A DNA stretch of 64,000 nt from Chiloscyllium plagiosum (taxonomy: Eukaryota). The DNA is taken from contig NC_057718.1 of assembly GCF_004010195.1 (NCBI RefSeq), positions 63,202,225 through 63,266,224 on the forward strand, given 5' to 3'. Positions 13,880 through 27,072 of the stretch are shown piece by piece. Position 1 is the stretch's first letter, and every line of letters starts with the position of its first letter. The notes under the pieces were generated by a model. It was not told the origin of the DNA. It saw only the letters and a list, made by a program, of their open reading frames with translations, and did no database searches. The position numbers were made by a program, and so were the translations under genes.

Positions 13880-14455
13880 CTTATTGCCCAGTCCTAACTG
13901 CCCTTGAGAGGGTGGTATTGAGCAGCCTTCCTGAACTGCTGCAGTTCATTCAGTGTATGAAAACCCACAATGCTGTTAGGGAAGAAGTTCCAGGAGTTTG
14001 ACCCAATGACAATGAAGGAAAGCCAATATATTTCCCAAAAGAGTGATGAGAGACTTGGAGAAGAACTTGTAGGTAGTGCTGCTCCCATGTACCTGCTGGT
14101 TGTGATTTGCAAGGTAATGTCAAGGAGTCGTGGTGAGTTTCTGCAGTCCATGTTGTCGGTAGTACATACTTCAGTTGCTGGACCTCGGTGGTGGACGGTA
14201 TAGATGCTTGTGGCCAGTTTGGAGTATTCCATCACTTGTGCCTTGATGATGTACAAGCTTTGGACGTCAGAAGGTACATTACTTGCAGCAGGAATTCGAG
14301 TATTGACCTGCTCTTGTAGCCACATTATTTATATGGCTAATTTAGTTCAATTTCTGTTCAATGATAACCCATTGTATGTTGTTAGTCGGGGAGATGGGTG
14401 GGAATGCCTTTGAATGCTAAGAGTCAATGGTTAGATTCTTTTTTGGAGATAGTCA
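13880..14455 (-). mobile_element. CR1-type LINE 3' fragment
   Basis: YIIKAQVMEYS...SWNFFPNSIVG...QFRKAAQYHPLKG, homologous to 49600-50070. Confidence 0.8.
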
Positions 14456-14479
14456 GTCAGTCATTGTCTGAAATCTTCG

Positions 14480-14609
14480 AGGAGAAAGTGAGGTCTGCAG
14501 ATGCTGGAGATCAAAGTTGAAACTTTATTGCTGGAACAGCACAGCAGGTCAGGCAGCATCCAGGGAACAGGAGATTCGACGTTTCGGGCACAGGCCCTTC
14601 TTCAGGAAT
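14480..14609 (-). mobile_element. Penelope-derived short element with intact minimal hammerhead motif
   Basis: Minus strand reads ATTC-CTGAAGA-A-GGGC-CTGT-GCCC-GAAAC-GTC-GAAT. Confidence 0.75.
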
Positions 14610-14828
14610 TGTTGGGGAAATACCCATCTGACTCACTAACATCCTTTAGAGAAGGAAACTGTCCTACTTGCACTAACATCCTTTAGAGAAGGAAACTGTC
14701 CTACTTGCCTGCACTGGCCTACATGTGCCTCCTGACCCACAGCAATGTAATTGACTCTTAACTGCCTGTTGGGCAATAAATGCTGCCCTAGCCAACAACA
14801 CCCTTATCCTATTAAATAATAAAAAAAA
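14610..14828 (+). mobile_element. LF-SINE-like fragment containing a 37-bp tandem duplication
   Basis: CACTAACATCCTTTAGAGAAGGAAACTGTCCTACTTG occurs at 14634-14670 and 14671-14707, followed by a LINE-type tail. Confidence 0.65.
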
Positions 14829-15714
14829 CATGGAATTTTCTTATGGTGAACAAGACAGTGATAATTCCATTACCATTACCAACACCATTAAAACACAGGG
14901 CTCTATTTTCCTTTGTTTAATAATTCTAACAAAAGATAGACATGAACAAATGATAGAAAGCATTCATGTATTGTACATTAGTACTTGAAGCAAAATATTG
15001 CGGATTCTAGAAATCTCAGATAAAAACACATAATGCTAAAAATATTCAGCAGGTGAGGCAACATCTGTAGAGAATGTTAGTGTGTTGGATTTTCTGGAAA
15101 ATGGCAATCCCATGTAGATTGCCACTCCACCTTCCCTTTTAGCGAAAGGAGGGAGCTCTGCATTTCTGACTGGAGAATCCAATTCGGGCTTCCTGAAAAA
15201 TAGGGAAGGGGATAGGGTACTAACTGAGTAGAGTGCAAAATGGCAATTGGGTCAGGTAAGTGAAGCAATGCTTAGGGTAGGCCAGGTTGAAAGATTAAGT
15301 AACAAGATACTTAATTATGTAAAAGGCAAAGAAAGTGTTAATGGGTTTAGTAAAGAGGCAAAGGTTGTGTCTTAGTTACATTAAACGATGGCTGCAATTA
15401 GAGAAAAAAAATTAATTCACTGACCCATTGCTTCTTTTTGTAATATTACATGTAACTATCTTAAGTTAGTCTGGACCTACTGTTCTAATACCATGGCATT
15501 TTGGAAAATCAAAAAGACATCCAAATCAATGCCCAGTTTTATTCCCACCAGTAATTCTTTATTTCAAACCATGCTACTCTTTTTATGGCATATTTGCAGC
15601 CATTGAATTCAATTCATACATAACTATATTTGTGCAAATTGCCTTATTTTCTCGAATACAAGTATTGAGCTTACTTTTTTGCTTTCATATTTTATCTAAC
15701 ATTTTAATCTGTTT

Positions 15715-15962
15715 TTTAAATGTTCGAAACAGTTTCTACCCTACTGTTGTTAGAATACCGAATGGACTCACAAACTCTTGATATTCATCTGTACCTGTGT
15801 TTTTGTTTTTGCCTCTGTTTACCTATTAGTTATTTATCTATGCTACTTAACTATGTGATCTGCCTGTATTGCTCACAAGACAAAGCTTTTCACTGTTCCT
15901 CAGTACACGTGACTTGACGTAAGGTGATGTGACGTGACGTGACGTGACAATCCAATCCAACC
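15715..15962 (+). mobile_element. LINE 3' end (L2/Rex-like) with (GTGAC)n/(CAATC)n microsatellite tail
   Basis: AAAGCTTTTCACTGTTCCTCAGTACACGTGAC followed by short tandem repeats. Confidence 0.55.
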
Positions 15963-17134
15963 CATTCCATTAACCATTGTTCTTAGCTCTGATATAAAAC
16001 TAAACTCAAGGCACTTATCAGGTATATTTCAGACAGTTCTTCAAAATTAATTCTATTATCACTAATGATAAGATAATATTTGAATAAAATATAGGAGTCA
16101 CTGGACTTTGAATTGTGGAGAAGTATTTGAATATGTGTTAGACCATTTGCTCATAATGGCAGCTCTTGGCTTTTGCACAGAGCTAATATTTACTGTGATC
16201 TCTAAACTGTTGGTAATGGCAGATAAAAGCCAGAAATCCGTTAGTCTGCTGTTTGATGGATGACCTTCATAATCTATATAGTCATGTTTGCCATTCAAAA
16301 GCCAATAAAAGACTAGTTATATGAGGATGATCCTGCAGTGAACTTTAGAGATGTAGGTCATATATTACCTTTGTGAGGCTGTGATCTAGAAATCCTGCTT
16401 TATAACTGACAAAGACCATAAAATGTCTTTTTCTCTCAAACTTTTACAACCTGTTGGTAAAGTGATGAAATTGCTGACTTGGTGTAGCAAAGTATTTTTA
16501 CAAGCACCTAATAAAGCAGACAATAAAGTAGAGCTACATAACTAAGGCAAACATTCAGACATGTACGAGGGAAGAACATTCCACTGAAAGTCTGAGGGAA
16601 CTGATTGTAAAGCTGAGGTGACTTTATTTTTCATTAAATCCATTGGCCAACAAGATTCAAAAGCTTTCAAACAAACTACTCAGTTTCCATGCCAACATTA
16701 AAGTAACCTTAAAACCAGACAAACAACATTCATAGTTACCTCTTAACGTAAGTATTGTGAACAGTTGACTATTGTGGCACTGCCATTTACAATAGTATTT
16801 CACTAAAGTGTAATTGTATATCCATGAAAAGTGTGGTGCAAATGAAAAGAAATGAAAATGAATTAAATAACTTGTTTGTACTAATAAAAGGCTGTGAGAA
16901 ACAAAGATAAATTTAAAAGTATGCTAACAATACCAGAGACAGGAAAATAGAGATTAAAGGATTTTTAAAGGGTAATGGCATCAGGTTACCTTTAACCCAC
17001 TTAACTAAACTCCTTGATTAGAACTCATTGTCCCTAATTTTAAACAGAAAGAACATGTATGCACACTTGGCCTGTTTCACCACAACAAAATAGATGGCAG
17101 CCATTCTCGGTTTCATTTCTCTGGGCAAAGTATT

Positions 17135-17242
17135 TTCTAATTAACCTGTTCAGAGATATTATTACACATCTCAGAACAGGTGAAATTGAACCTGGTCCTT
17201 CTGGCTCAGAGTAGGGACATTACTACTGCACCACAAGAGCCT
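17135..17242 (-). mobile_element. Short tRNA-derived SINE head (related fragment at 8693-8767, plus strand)
   Basis: Minus strand reads GGCTCTTGTGGTGCAGTAGTAATG...CCAGGTTCAATTTC, A/B-box-like. Confidence 0.5.
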
Positions 17243-17324
17243 CAGAGTATGCCTTGATCAATTTGTCAACTCACATGCTTTAAAATTTCACCAAAGCTTG
17301 ACAGTTAACTTTCAGTTATCATTA

Positions 17325-18880
17325 AGACCATAAGAAATAGAAGCAGGTATTGGGCATTTGGCCCCTTGAGCCTGCTCCACCATCCAATAGAATCATGACT
17401 GATCCAATATTTCTTGGGTCCAATGTCCTGTCTTTTCCTCGTAGCCCTTGCTTCTCCTATTGTTCAAGAATCTGTCTATCTCAGCCTTAAATATACACAA
17501 GGAGTGCTCCCACAGCTCTCTGTGGCAGGGAGTTCTAGTGTTCCTGAGAGAAAATATTTTTTACTTTAGTCATAAATTGTGGCTACTTTATTGTGAGACT
17601 TTGCCCTATGGTCCTAGACTTTCATGAAGGGAAATATTCTCTATTTACATGTCAAGCCCCTTAAGAATCCAATATATTTCAATGCAATCCCTTCTCATTC
17701 TTCTAAACTCCAATGAGTAGAGCCTCAACGTGTTTAGCCGTTGCTTGTAAGACAATCCCTCCATACAGGGGATCATCCTAGTGAACTTTCTGTGAACTGC
17801 CTCCAACAAAATAATGTCTTTCCTTAAATAAGGGAACCAACACTGCTTACGGTATTCAAGATGTGGTCCTCCCAGCACCTTGTACAGTTGCAGTACAGTT
17901 CTACCTGGAAATGAGGGCCAACATTCCATTAGCCTTCCTGATTACCTGCTTTCTGTGCTTTGTGCACAGGTACCCCCAAGTTCCTGTGTGTTGCAGCTTC
18001 CTGCAGTTTTTCTTCATTTAAATTGTTCTTTTGCTCTCCTTTCCAAAATGACAACTTCACATTTCCCTCATTATACTCACTTTATCAACTTCTTGCCCAC
18101 TCACTTAACCTATCAATATCTCTCTGTAAACTATTTGCATCCTTCTTGCAACTTGCTTTTCCATCTATTTTGTGTTGTCTATGAATTTGTCTACAGTACA
18201 TTCACTTCTTTCCTCCAAAGTCATTAATATACATTGTAACTAATAGTGGTCCCAGCACTGATCACTGTGGGATCCCATTCGTCACAGGTCACCAACATGA
18301 AAAAGAACCCTTTATTTCATTTGATGTTACCTGCCCATTAGCCAATTCTCTACCTGCATTAATATACTACCTCCAGTACCATGGGTTGTTATCTTATAAA
18401 TTAACCTTTTATGAGATACTTTTGTCAAATGCCTTCTGGAAGTCCAAATACAACACATCTACTGGTTCCCCTCTATTAAGTCTGGTGGAAACATCCTCAA
18501 AAATCTCTAATAAATTAGTCAGACATGCTTTCCCTTTCATGAAGCCATGGTGACTCTGCTTCACTAGATTACAATTTCCAAAATGTGCTGCTATTAGTTC
18601 TTTAAAAATTGAATCCAACTTTTTCCGAATTATAGATGTCAAGTTAATTCGCCTACATTTGCCTGCTTTTTGCCTCCCTCCCTTTTTGAATACAGGTGAT
18701 ACCTTAGCAGTTTTCCAATCCTCCGAGACTTCTCCAAAATTCAAGAAGTTCTGGAAACTTACAGCCAATGCATCCACTAAATCAGTAGCTACTTCTTCTT
18801 GGTTCCTTGGAAGCAAAGCATCAAGGATGGAGTATCTAAATGCCTTTAGACCCTACTAAAACTGCTTTTCCAGTGATGAT
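17325..18880 (-). mobile_element. CR1 LINE, RT to 3' end (decayed)
   Basis: EDWKTAKVSPVFKKG, HHGFMKGKACLTNL, YLDFQKAFDK, PHLEY, LYSLEFRRMR. Confidence 0.92.
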
Positions 18881-19063
18881 GGTGGTGCTTAAATTCTCCC
18901 CTGTATTCTCATTCTCATTAACTGGTGCATTCTCTATAGCAACATGCCCACCAATCAGAGCTCACTCACAAACCAATCAGCACTCCCTTTACTTTACTTT
19001 GGGAATTCAGACAAATTATTCTGATGACAGCAAGATGAAAAGCTTCAATATAATATGTCTTCT

Positions 19064-19365
19064 ATATCAATGATTTACTTGGGGGAGCAAAGATATGATA
19101 GCTAAATTTGCAGATGACCAAAAGATAGGTGGGAAAGTATATTGTGAAGAGGACAGAAGGAGGATGAAGATAAACATTAATAGGTTGCTTGAGTTGGCAA
19201 AAGAAAACTGGCAGGTGGAGCATAATGTGGGCAAACATGAAGTTGTTCACTTTGCCAGTAAGAATAAAATAGGAAAACATTATGTAAATAGAGAACTACT
19301 ATAGAATTCCAAGGTGTAGGGCATCTGAGTGTTCTAGTACATGAGTTGTGAAAAGTTAGTATGAG
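19064..19365 (+). mobile_element. CR1 RT fragment
   Basis: INDL...IAKFADDQKIGG...WQVEHNVGKHEVVHF. Confidence 0.85.
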
Positions 19366-19699
19366 CACTACTCTTCAATTCCTAACCTTCACTCTAGATA
19401 ATGAATATTTCAACTGCAAGCTACAGGTCTGCAAAAATATCACAAATGACTGAATTTTAACTTTATAAATATCTTCTGTCCTTATCTGCATTTAAACCTT
19501 GTACATATTTAGTTAGTAACTTTATTGCTATTTCTTATAGAACTTTTACAGCACTGTTTTGTAATAAACTTTATCTTGGTTAAGACTAAAGCTTTGCTCC
19601 TGGTTATTTTTAAATTGAATCATTCACAAATTAAAAGGGGCCATACACACACAAACATTTAGCTCATGAACCACTTTGAGGAAATCTTGCCAACTCGAA

Positions 19700-20000
19700 A
19701 CTTATAATTTGCAAGATATTACAATGCCTGCTCTCTTTTTCCCGTTAAAAAAATCCTCTATCCATGCCAATACATTGCCCCCCCATGCCTCAAGTTCTTA
19801 TCTTGTGTAGTAAATTTTGATGCTTCATTCAGATCTCTTTCATCCATGTTTCTTACTTCCTCAAAGGATCCTAACAAATTAGTCAAACACCATTTCTCTT
19901 TCACAAAATCATGCTGACTCTGCCTGATAGCCTTGATATTTTCAAGGGTCCTGTTATAAAATCTTTAGTAATACATTCCAGCATTTACCTTTGACTGACG
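19700..20000 (-). mobile_element. CR1 RT fragment
   Basis: Antisense QHDFVK.KWCLTNL...FEEV motif. Confidence 0.65.
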
Positions 20001-20270
20001 TCATATGAATTTAAGAAGAGCATCTCACTGTACAGTGCAAAGTTCCACAGAAGTCACCTCACACTTTCCCAACTTCATTCACTTTTGCTGCTTTGTTGCA
20101 AGGTTGGCAGACATAGATCAAAATCTTTTCACCTTGTTCCTTGCCAGAGTGATTGAATCATTTTCAGGTTTGGAATCTGACTCCGAACAGCATGTCTGGC
20201 TTTTGATCTTTACCAGAGCAAACCAATTTGAACCTCTTTCAGACCCACTGACCAAGGGAGGGAGGATGGG

Positions 20271-20381
20271 TCTTTTCTGTCTAAGGCTTATGCCCGAAAC
20301 GTCGATTCTCCTGTTCCTTGGATGCTGCCTGACCTGCTGCGCTTTTCCAGCAACTCATTTTCAGCTCTTTTCTGTCTAAGG
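20271..20381 (+). mobile_element. Penelope-derived short insert with 16-bp direct repeat
   Basis: TCTTTTCTGTCTAAGG at 20271-20286 and 20366-20381 flanks CTTATGCCCGAAACGTCGATTCTCC... Confidence 0.8.
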
Positions 20382-22156
20382 AATGATTTCTAATTGAAGG
20401 GTTACTGCTTAGGTTATAAGGGATCACCAGCTCTTGAATATTTGAAGATTCAGCAACCACAGGAAAGTGGGGGAGACCTGGACACTGCTCCCTGTGTCTC
20501 TCACTCTTACGTGGCAATCCTCTGTTGGCTTTGAGTGGCAGCAGTGTGGCACACTTGTCGAAGATAGTTGACCTGAGGTTATAATAGCTCTGCCCGCAAA
20601 TATATTTTTTCCTGAAGAAACTAGTCAGTTTGTTTTTAGTTAGTTCTACTATCTACTGCAATGTAGCATAAACCTAGTACCTATTATTTAGGAGGTAACA
20701 GTGTTCCTTATCTCGTGTTAATGTGGTTAATCAGTCTTAAGATAATGTAATTTTTTTCTTATTATTATGTAATAAACTTTTTTTTTACTTGAGTATATGC
20801 TTCTTCTGTTAAAGACTTATCTATCGTTGTAACCCTTCATCCCATAATACTAGTGAACATCATTGACCAATATTACAAAAGGGTTAATGGCAATAAATTT
20901 ACCCAAAGAAGATTCTATCACAACAAATTGGACATCTCTTACAGGTTCTTTGAAGAACAAGAAGAAAAGGATGAATGCTTCATTCAAGCAGCTGTGGCTA
21001 GAAGTGGTTTAAGAATTCAGCTTGGGAGTGTGCTCCCTTCAACTTGGAGCCAGTGCACTTTGAAGCTCCTGCACCTCAAGTCTGTATGACAAGTGAATGG
21101 AATCATACTCCAGATGCCAAATCCCACATTCTGAATTGTCCAACATTCTCCTACACAGCACTCCTAAAGTCAACACACTTTGCAGTTCCACTCACTCTTA
21201 TTCTTGCAGGTACCTAACAACTCATTCAGCAAACAATCACCTTCATGCTCAGCGTATTGCATTCTTGTACACACTCCACACAATCACCCTCAAGTAATTA
21301 TATCTTTTACCCCTCATCTCCTCTTCACAGAAGCCATAATGAATACTCATATCCTTCTGTACTTCCTGCTGAAGAATAAAAGTGCATAACTCGGTGAGAG
21401 GTAGAAACACATTGGAGAGGTGTTGTTCTCCCATGACTTTATTAGCCATGGATAATGTATACCTATCATCTTCACTTGGAAGGCAGTCTTGTTTGAGGAT
21501 GATGCAAATATAAGCAGTTACCTGGGGTGAAAACTTGAGCTTCCCGAGGCACTGATATTCCGGTATGTTAAGAGATCCCTAATCCTCTACTTTCAATTAC
21601 CTTGATGGCACTTGCAAGTTGCTGACGAGTCAGGAAGCAGGCTCCCACATTAGGAAATCCAGGATTTAATAAGTTCATATTGACTTCTGAATAACCTTTG
21701 TAAGTGTTTGCCCAATATATTGAAAGTTGTTCCCTACTCTCCCTCCATACAGCCACGGGGAAAGCCAGAAGAGGATAGAATAATGATGGGAGCTCATCTT
21801 GACATCAACCTCAGGTTGCTTCCCACCGCACATGCATCAGAACCCAGCTCCACTTATTCTGTCTATTTGTTTGTCAGTCATTTGAATTCATGAAAATTCA
21901 GTTGTATATACTATGTTTCGAAATATACTGTCAAATCCAAATGGTAAAAATCCAATGACTGTTGTGATAATGTCATCCTAAAAATCTGTCTAATGTTGTG
22001 TAGGCCTATCTAGCACCAGCTTGCTCTCTACAGTTCTATCTAACCTGACACAGCTTCTGTGTCTGGCTGGTAATGGATCAGCAGCAGTGCACTCACCCAC
22101 ATTGTCAAAAGGATTATATTTTAAACCCCACTTCAGGACCTGAAGACAAAATTTTC

Positions 22157-22345
22157 AGATGTGCAGATCAGGTGGATTGGCCATACGAAATTGCCCAGAG
22201 TCCAGGGATGTGCAGGCTAGGTGGGATTAGGGAATGCAGAGCTACAGGGGTGGGGTAGGGGGCAGGGTCTGGGTGGGATGCTTTTCGGAGGGTCGGTGTG
22301 GACTCAAATGGCCTGCTTCCACACTATCGGGATTCTAGGATTCCA
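22157..22345 (+). mobile_element. V-SINE 3' half (older subfamily)
   Basis: AGATGTGCAG.TCAGGTGGATTGGCCAT...TCGGTGTGGACTC...GGCCTGCTTCCACACT. Confidence 0.7.
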
Positions 22346-22469
22346 TGTTGGACTTTAAAAATCCCAAGACAGCATTACATGGAATACTCAATCGTCCTGG
22401 TTAACATTTGCTCCTCAACATCAGTTTAAGGATGTTTGAGGACATTGTCTTGCATTTGGTGGGATCTTT

Positions 22470-23630
22470 ACCGCACACCGCTACGTTAACAATGCCTATA
22501 CTGGAGTTAAAAGAACCATATTAATTGTGATGTGCTTTGCAGTGTTGCCTGTCTGTCCCATTAGGGTTGAACTTGCTGTGCGTCTGTGCTGTGTGGGATG
22601 TCTCTGAGTTATGCAGATCCTCCGTCTTCCACAGCTCAGTCCTGGCCCTGCATAACAACGGCTGGCACGGCATTCAGGCATTTCTGGACGCAAGGGAACT
22701 AACCCTAGCTTCCCTTGTTGGCTTTCCAACTCATAGGACAAACTAAACAAGCCAAGGCAATGTCTTATCGAAGGATCGAAGGCTGTCAACAGAGAACGTA
22801 ACCGCTCCGCACGGATGGCATTTGTCGGAAAATAACAGGTAGGAGGAAACGGAAAGGGACAACCTCAATGTGCTTTTAGAACTTGTATTGGTGTGTGGAA
22901 TGGGGATCTCATGCAAACACCTGGAGATACGTTAACAACTGCTTATTTAATTTTGAGTCAAAACATGGTGCCAAATAACGCTAAAAATAATAATTTAGCT
23001 CATCTTCAAAATAAATCAGTGAATGCAGTCGAAGACCAATTGTAACTCATATCCTTTAATTATTCTTTCTAAATGCTTTGATCCTTATAAATAACTCCTC
23101 AATAGGTCGAGCCGAGCTTAGATTACGCTGCCAATAATTTTCGTTTGAAAAAAAATTTTGAATATCATTCCAGCAAATAAAGTAAGATTCCGTCTCGTCT
23201 CTTGTCTAGAAATGATGATACATAACGATCAGTGTCAATCCACCTTCAGTCTATAATTGACATTGGATTCAAGCAGCTGTTTTCAGACAAGCAAACAAAA
23301 ACACCGTACACAAAATATCAAAGGGAGATGGAGACACTCAGAACTCGGAATCTCTGAAGCATTGCAATAAAAACGAATTCATTTTTGCCCGATTTACTGA
23401 TCTTCCCGAATCATACACCCGTTCATAGCAACGGCCTTGTTAACTCCATTTTCCTATCCAATTCTTTAAAAAACTGAGCGCCTAAGCACTGAATTCAAGA
23501 GATTCTCAAGTCTCTTTTTCAGGAAGCCAAGTAAGAGTTAACAGCGCTAACAGTCCCACTCTGGGTGTCCACAAACTTCACGAACTCTGTAAAAATGTTC
23601 AATGAACAAGAACACAACTAGTACGGAACA
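22470..23630. promoter_or_regulatory. CpG-retaining island, candidate promoter or first exon
   Basis: Visibly more CpG than the CpG-depleted flanks, in apparently non-repeat sequence. Donor-like CAG|GTAGGA at 22838/22839. Confidence 0.45.
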
Positions 23631-23859
23631 GGAACAAGTACAGAAATTGTTGGAAAAACTCAGCAGGTTTGGCAGCATCCATGGAGAGAAAGCAGAGTTA
23701 ATGCTTGGGGTCCAGTGACCTTTCTTGAGAACTGATTTAACTTGGAAAAGGTAGGTGTACGTATTGAAGCTGGGGTGGGGAGGGGATAAACACTTGGAGG
23801 GGATGAAGCCCCAAAAGAAAGAACAGCATTTAGGCAGACAAAGAAATGGATAAGTGTCA

Positions 23860-24160
23860 GTATCATTTGCTTATTATGCTGTTTAATAGTTCCATTGTAG
23901 GTTCATCATGTTGGCACCTCACTTTTAGATATGCCTGTGGCTACTCCTGCCATGCCCTTCTGCACTTTCATTGAACCAGGGTTGATCCTTGGCCTAAAAA
24001 TGTGTTGCTGGAAAAGCGCAGCAGGTCAGGCAGCATCAAAGGAGCAGGAGAATCGACGTTTCGGGCATAAGCCCTTCTTCAGGAATCCTTGGCCTGATGG
24101 TAATGGTAGAGTGTGGAGCATGCTGGGCCATGAACTGCATATGGTGTTAGGATACAACTG
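23860..24160 (-). mobile_element. CR1-type LINE fragment interrupted by a Penelope-derived insert
   Basis: Antisense homology to 48130-48270. The insert at 23996-24084 has an 11-bp TSD. Confidence 0.65.
23985..24095 (-). mobile_element. Penelope-derived short insert with hammerhead motif and 11-bp TSD
   Basis: ATCCTTGGCCT at 23985-23995 and 24085-24095. Minus strand reads CTGAAGA-A-GGGC-TTAT-GCCC-GAAAC-GTC. Confidence 0.85.
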
Positions 24161-24380
24161 GACTGCTTTCTTTTTCAAAGGTTTATGTCCATTTGGTCCT
24201 ATACAGCCTTTAAAATTGTACCATTTATGTTGTCTCTCCGTATTCCCTCTATCAAAATGTGTCATTTTATACTTCTCTACATAAAACCTCATCTACAAGG
24301 CACCTAGTGTTTTGCCAAACTGTCCTTCCACAGTCTATCCATGATACTTTAGTGATCTGTGCACTTAGAGCCCATGTTGC

Positions 24381-24723
24381 AGGGGTGGTATCGTGGCTGA
24401 GTGGTTAGCACTGTTGCCTCACAGCACCAGGAAACTGGGTTTGATTCCAGCCTTAGGTCATTGTCTGTGTGGAGTTTGTTTGTTCTCCCCTTGTGTGTGT
24501 GGAATTCTTCCAGATGCTTTGGTTTCCTCCTATACTCCAAAGATGTGCGAGTTAACTGGATTGGCAATGCTAAATTGACTATAGTGTCTGGTGATATGCA
24601 AGCTAGGTAGATTAACCATGGCCACTGCAGAGGACTAGGTCTGGGTTGGATGCTCTTTGGAGGGTTGGTGCAGACTCAACGGGCTTAATGGCCTCTTCCT
24701 GCACGGTAACGATTCTATTCTAT
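24381..24723 (+). mobile_element. V-SINE (HE1-related, older)
   Basis: tRNA-like head, TGTGTGGAGTTTG V-domain, (ATTCT)n tail. Confidence 0.85.
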
Positions 24724-24859
24724 GTTCTCTTTGCTTACTACATTTTTGAGTTTGGTATTGTTTGCAAATGTTTGTATTCTGCCCCACGTACTCATGTCTA
24801 GGTCATTTCTATCAGGAGCAGCAGTGTGACACATTGTAAGTAGTGTAATTGAAAGAGTA

Positions 24860-25325
24860 AAATTACAATGCGCTGTTAATAAATCAAGTGACTGGACAAA
24901 GCTATGACAAATGAATTTCAGTATGGGCAAATTTGAAGTCATCCACTTTGGATCCAAAAAAGACAGAACAGAGTGCTTTCAGTACGGTAAAAGGCTACAA
25001 ACAATAAAAGATCCAATGAAACTTGGGGTCCATGTGTATAAATCGTTAAAATGTCATAGTCAGGTGCAAAAAGAATTAAATCTTGGTCTTTATATCTGGG
25101 GATTAGAACATAAGGAGTTTGAAGTTGTACTTCAGCTATACAAAGTCCTGAATACACCTCATCTGGAATATTATAAGCATCTTTGAGCTTCACACCTTCT
25201 GAAGGATATACTGGCCTAAGAGGAAGGGCAGCGCAGATTTACCAAAATTATATCTGGACTGCAAGAGTCTCACAATGGGAGATTACACAAGTCAGGGTTT
25301 TCCACTGAAATTTAAAAGGTGAAAG
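24860..25325 (+). mobile_element. CR1 ORF2 C-terminal fragment
   Basis: MNFSMGKFEVIHFG...LQLYKVLNTPHLEY. Confidence 0.85.
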
Positions 25326-27072
25326 AATAGTTTTTATTTAATGTTATGTATCATTATATTGTCTGTAAAGAGTTATGAACTAATTGTCAAGAACTAACTG
25401 TATGTGTTAGTATACCTGGGGCCACACTTATAGCTGCCCTGGCTATATGTACAAGGACATTGGTCTAAGGTAGTCTGCTAACTAGGCAGTATAATAAATT
25501 GTATATAAAAAAACTCTTAACCTTTCCAGACCTGAAGTGTGATAATTTGTACCATCCAGGGAGCCAAAAGACAACCAGAAAGGTTTCAAGACATTAAGAG
25601 GGAATGGTATGAAAATAGAGAGAAGCTATTTCTTAGAATGGTATGTTTATATTTCAAAGGAAGACTATTTACTCCATTGTATCTAAGTCAGCTGTCTGTG
25701 ACAATAACTTAGCTATACTTCTCTGCCCTTCATAAACCTGCAAATTTTCACATGATCACATTTCATTTTGAAAGACATAATTGAATATATCTCCAGAATG
25801 CTCCCAGGCAGTGCATTCCAGAATGTAACCACTCACTATGTAAGAATTTTCTATTTCACTTTTTTATGGTTCTTTTGCCACCTACTTTAAATTGACATAT
25901 TTTAGCTCTTGTCCCTTCTGTCAATGGGAACAAATTTTCCAAAATTAATGCTGGCCTAACCGCTCATAGCTTTAAAAAAAACTGTATGAAACCTCCACTT
26001 AACCTTCTTGAAGGAGAACAACCTCAGGCAAGTTTATGAAGTAACAGCAAAGATGAATGAGAATGTCACTGAATAATTGAATGGGTCAAGGGGTTAAATA
26101 GCCTGTTCCTGTTACTATTCTTCTATGTACAGTTACATTTCGTATTACCTTTTTTATTCAGTATCCAGTTTTGTTTTATTATTAGGACAAAGTGACAAAA
26201 TTTTAAAGCATTCCTTTAGTGTATCTTTGAAAAATGCAAAATGCTAACTGCAAACTTAAATATACGGGACAAAGCTCAACTTATTAAAGTGAATGAGGTG
26301 ATGCAAGGGAAGTGGAAACTTCGTTCTGAGTGGAGTATCTTCAGAATATAAATATGGTTTCAACAAGGAAGTATTTAAATGAGAGTAGACATTTCACTCT
26401 TCTTTGGTTTAACAGGGAAACTGTAGTTTACCTTACATTTTAATTATTAATATGAACAAGTCTTCTTAATGTGGAGAGAAATAAAGGCAGGAATGTAATT
26501 GAGGTGAAGTGGAGGCATTACTTGATGTTTATTACATTACGTTGCTGCTTATTTCTAATCAAACCATGCAGCGAGAAATAATTCCAGTTTTCATTAATCA
26601 ACTACTCCAATATATATTTGATTTTTTTTACTTACTGAAGCTTTTCTATTGCCCATCATAAAGGTTTTTTATATCTATTTATATACTCCCTGGGAATACC
26701 TTCATTTGCTTGATATGGTGCCTTATGCAGTGGTACAGGATTTAAAGTGGAAATAGCAATAAGTGCTTGGCTATGAGACTTGATTGGAATCAAAGACGTA
26801 CAAGAAAGGAAAGCTTCCAGGTTCAGTAATATGAAGGTACCCTTGGAAGCAGAAAGCAGGTGGGCACAACGTTTTTGTACCAAGGGGAAGAGACAATCTT
26901 ATGCCACAGAAAGAGCAGAGTGGAGGGAGGTAGTAGTGTAACTGTGTGTCTGCTGTTTATTTTATTTGACTCCTGACCTGACATGTACTTTTTTCAATCA
27001 GATAAATTGGCCTTATGTTCCCAGATTTTGAAAATGAATTTTCAAATAAAATGACAACTAATATTGCATTTT

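Noticed and set aside
14634..14707. Perfect 37-bp tandem duplication
   Set aside because: Simple local slippage inside a SINE, with no sign of function.
20945..21860. Exon-like and Harbinger-like stretches
   Set aside because: The similarity is too weak to call either a host exon or a transposase fragment without a search.
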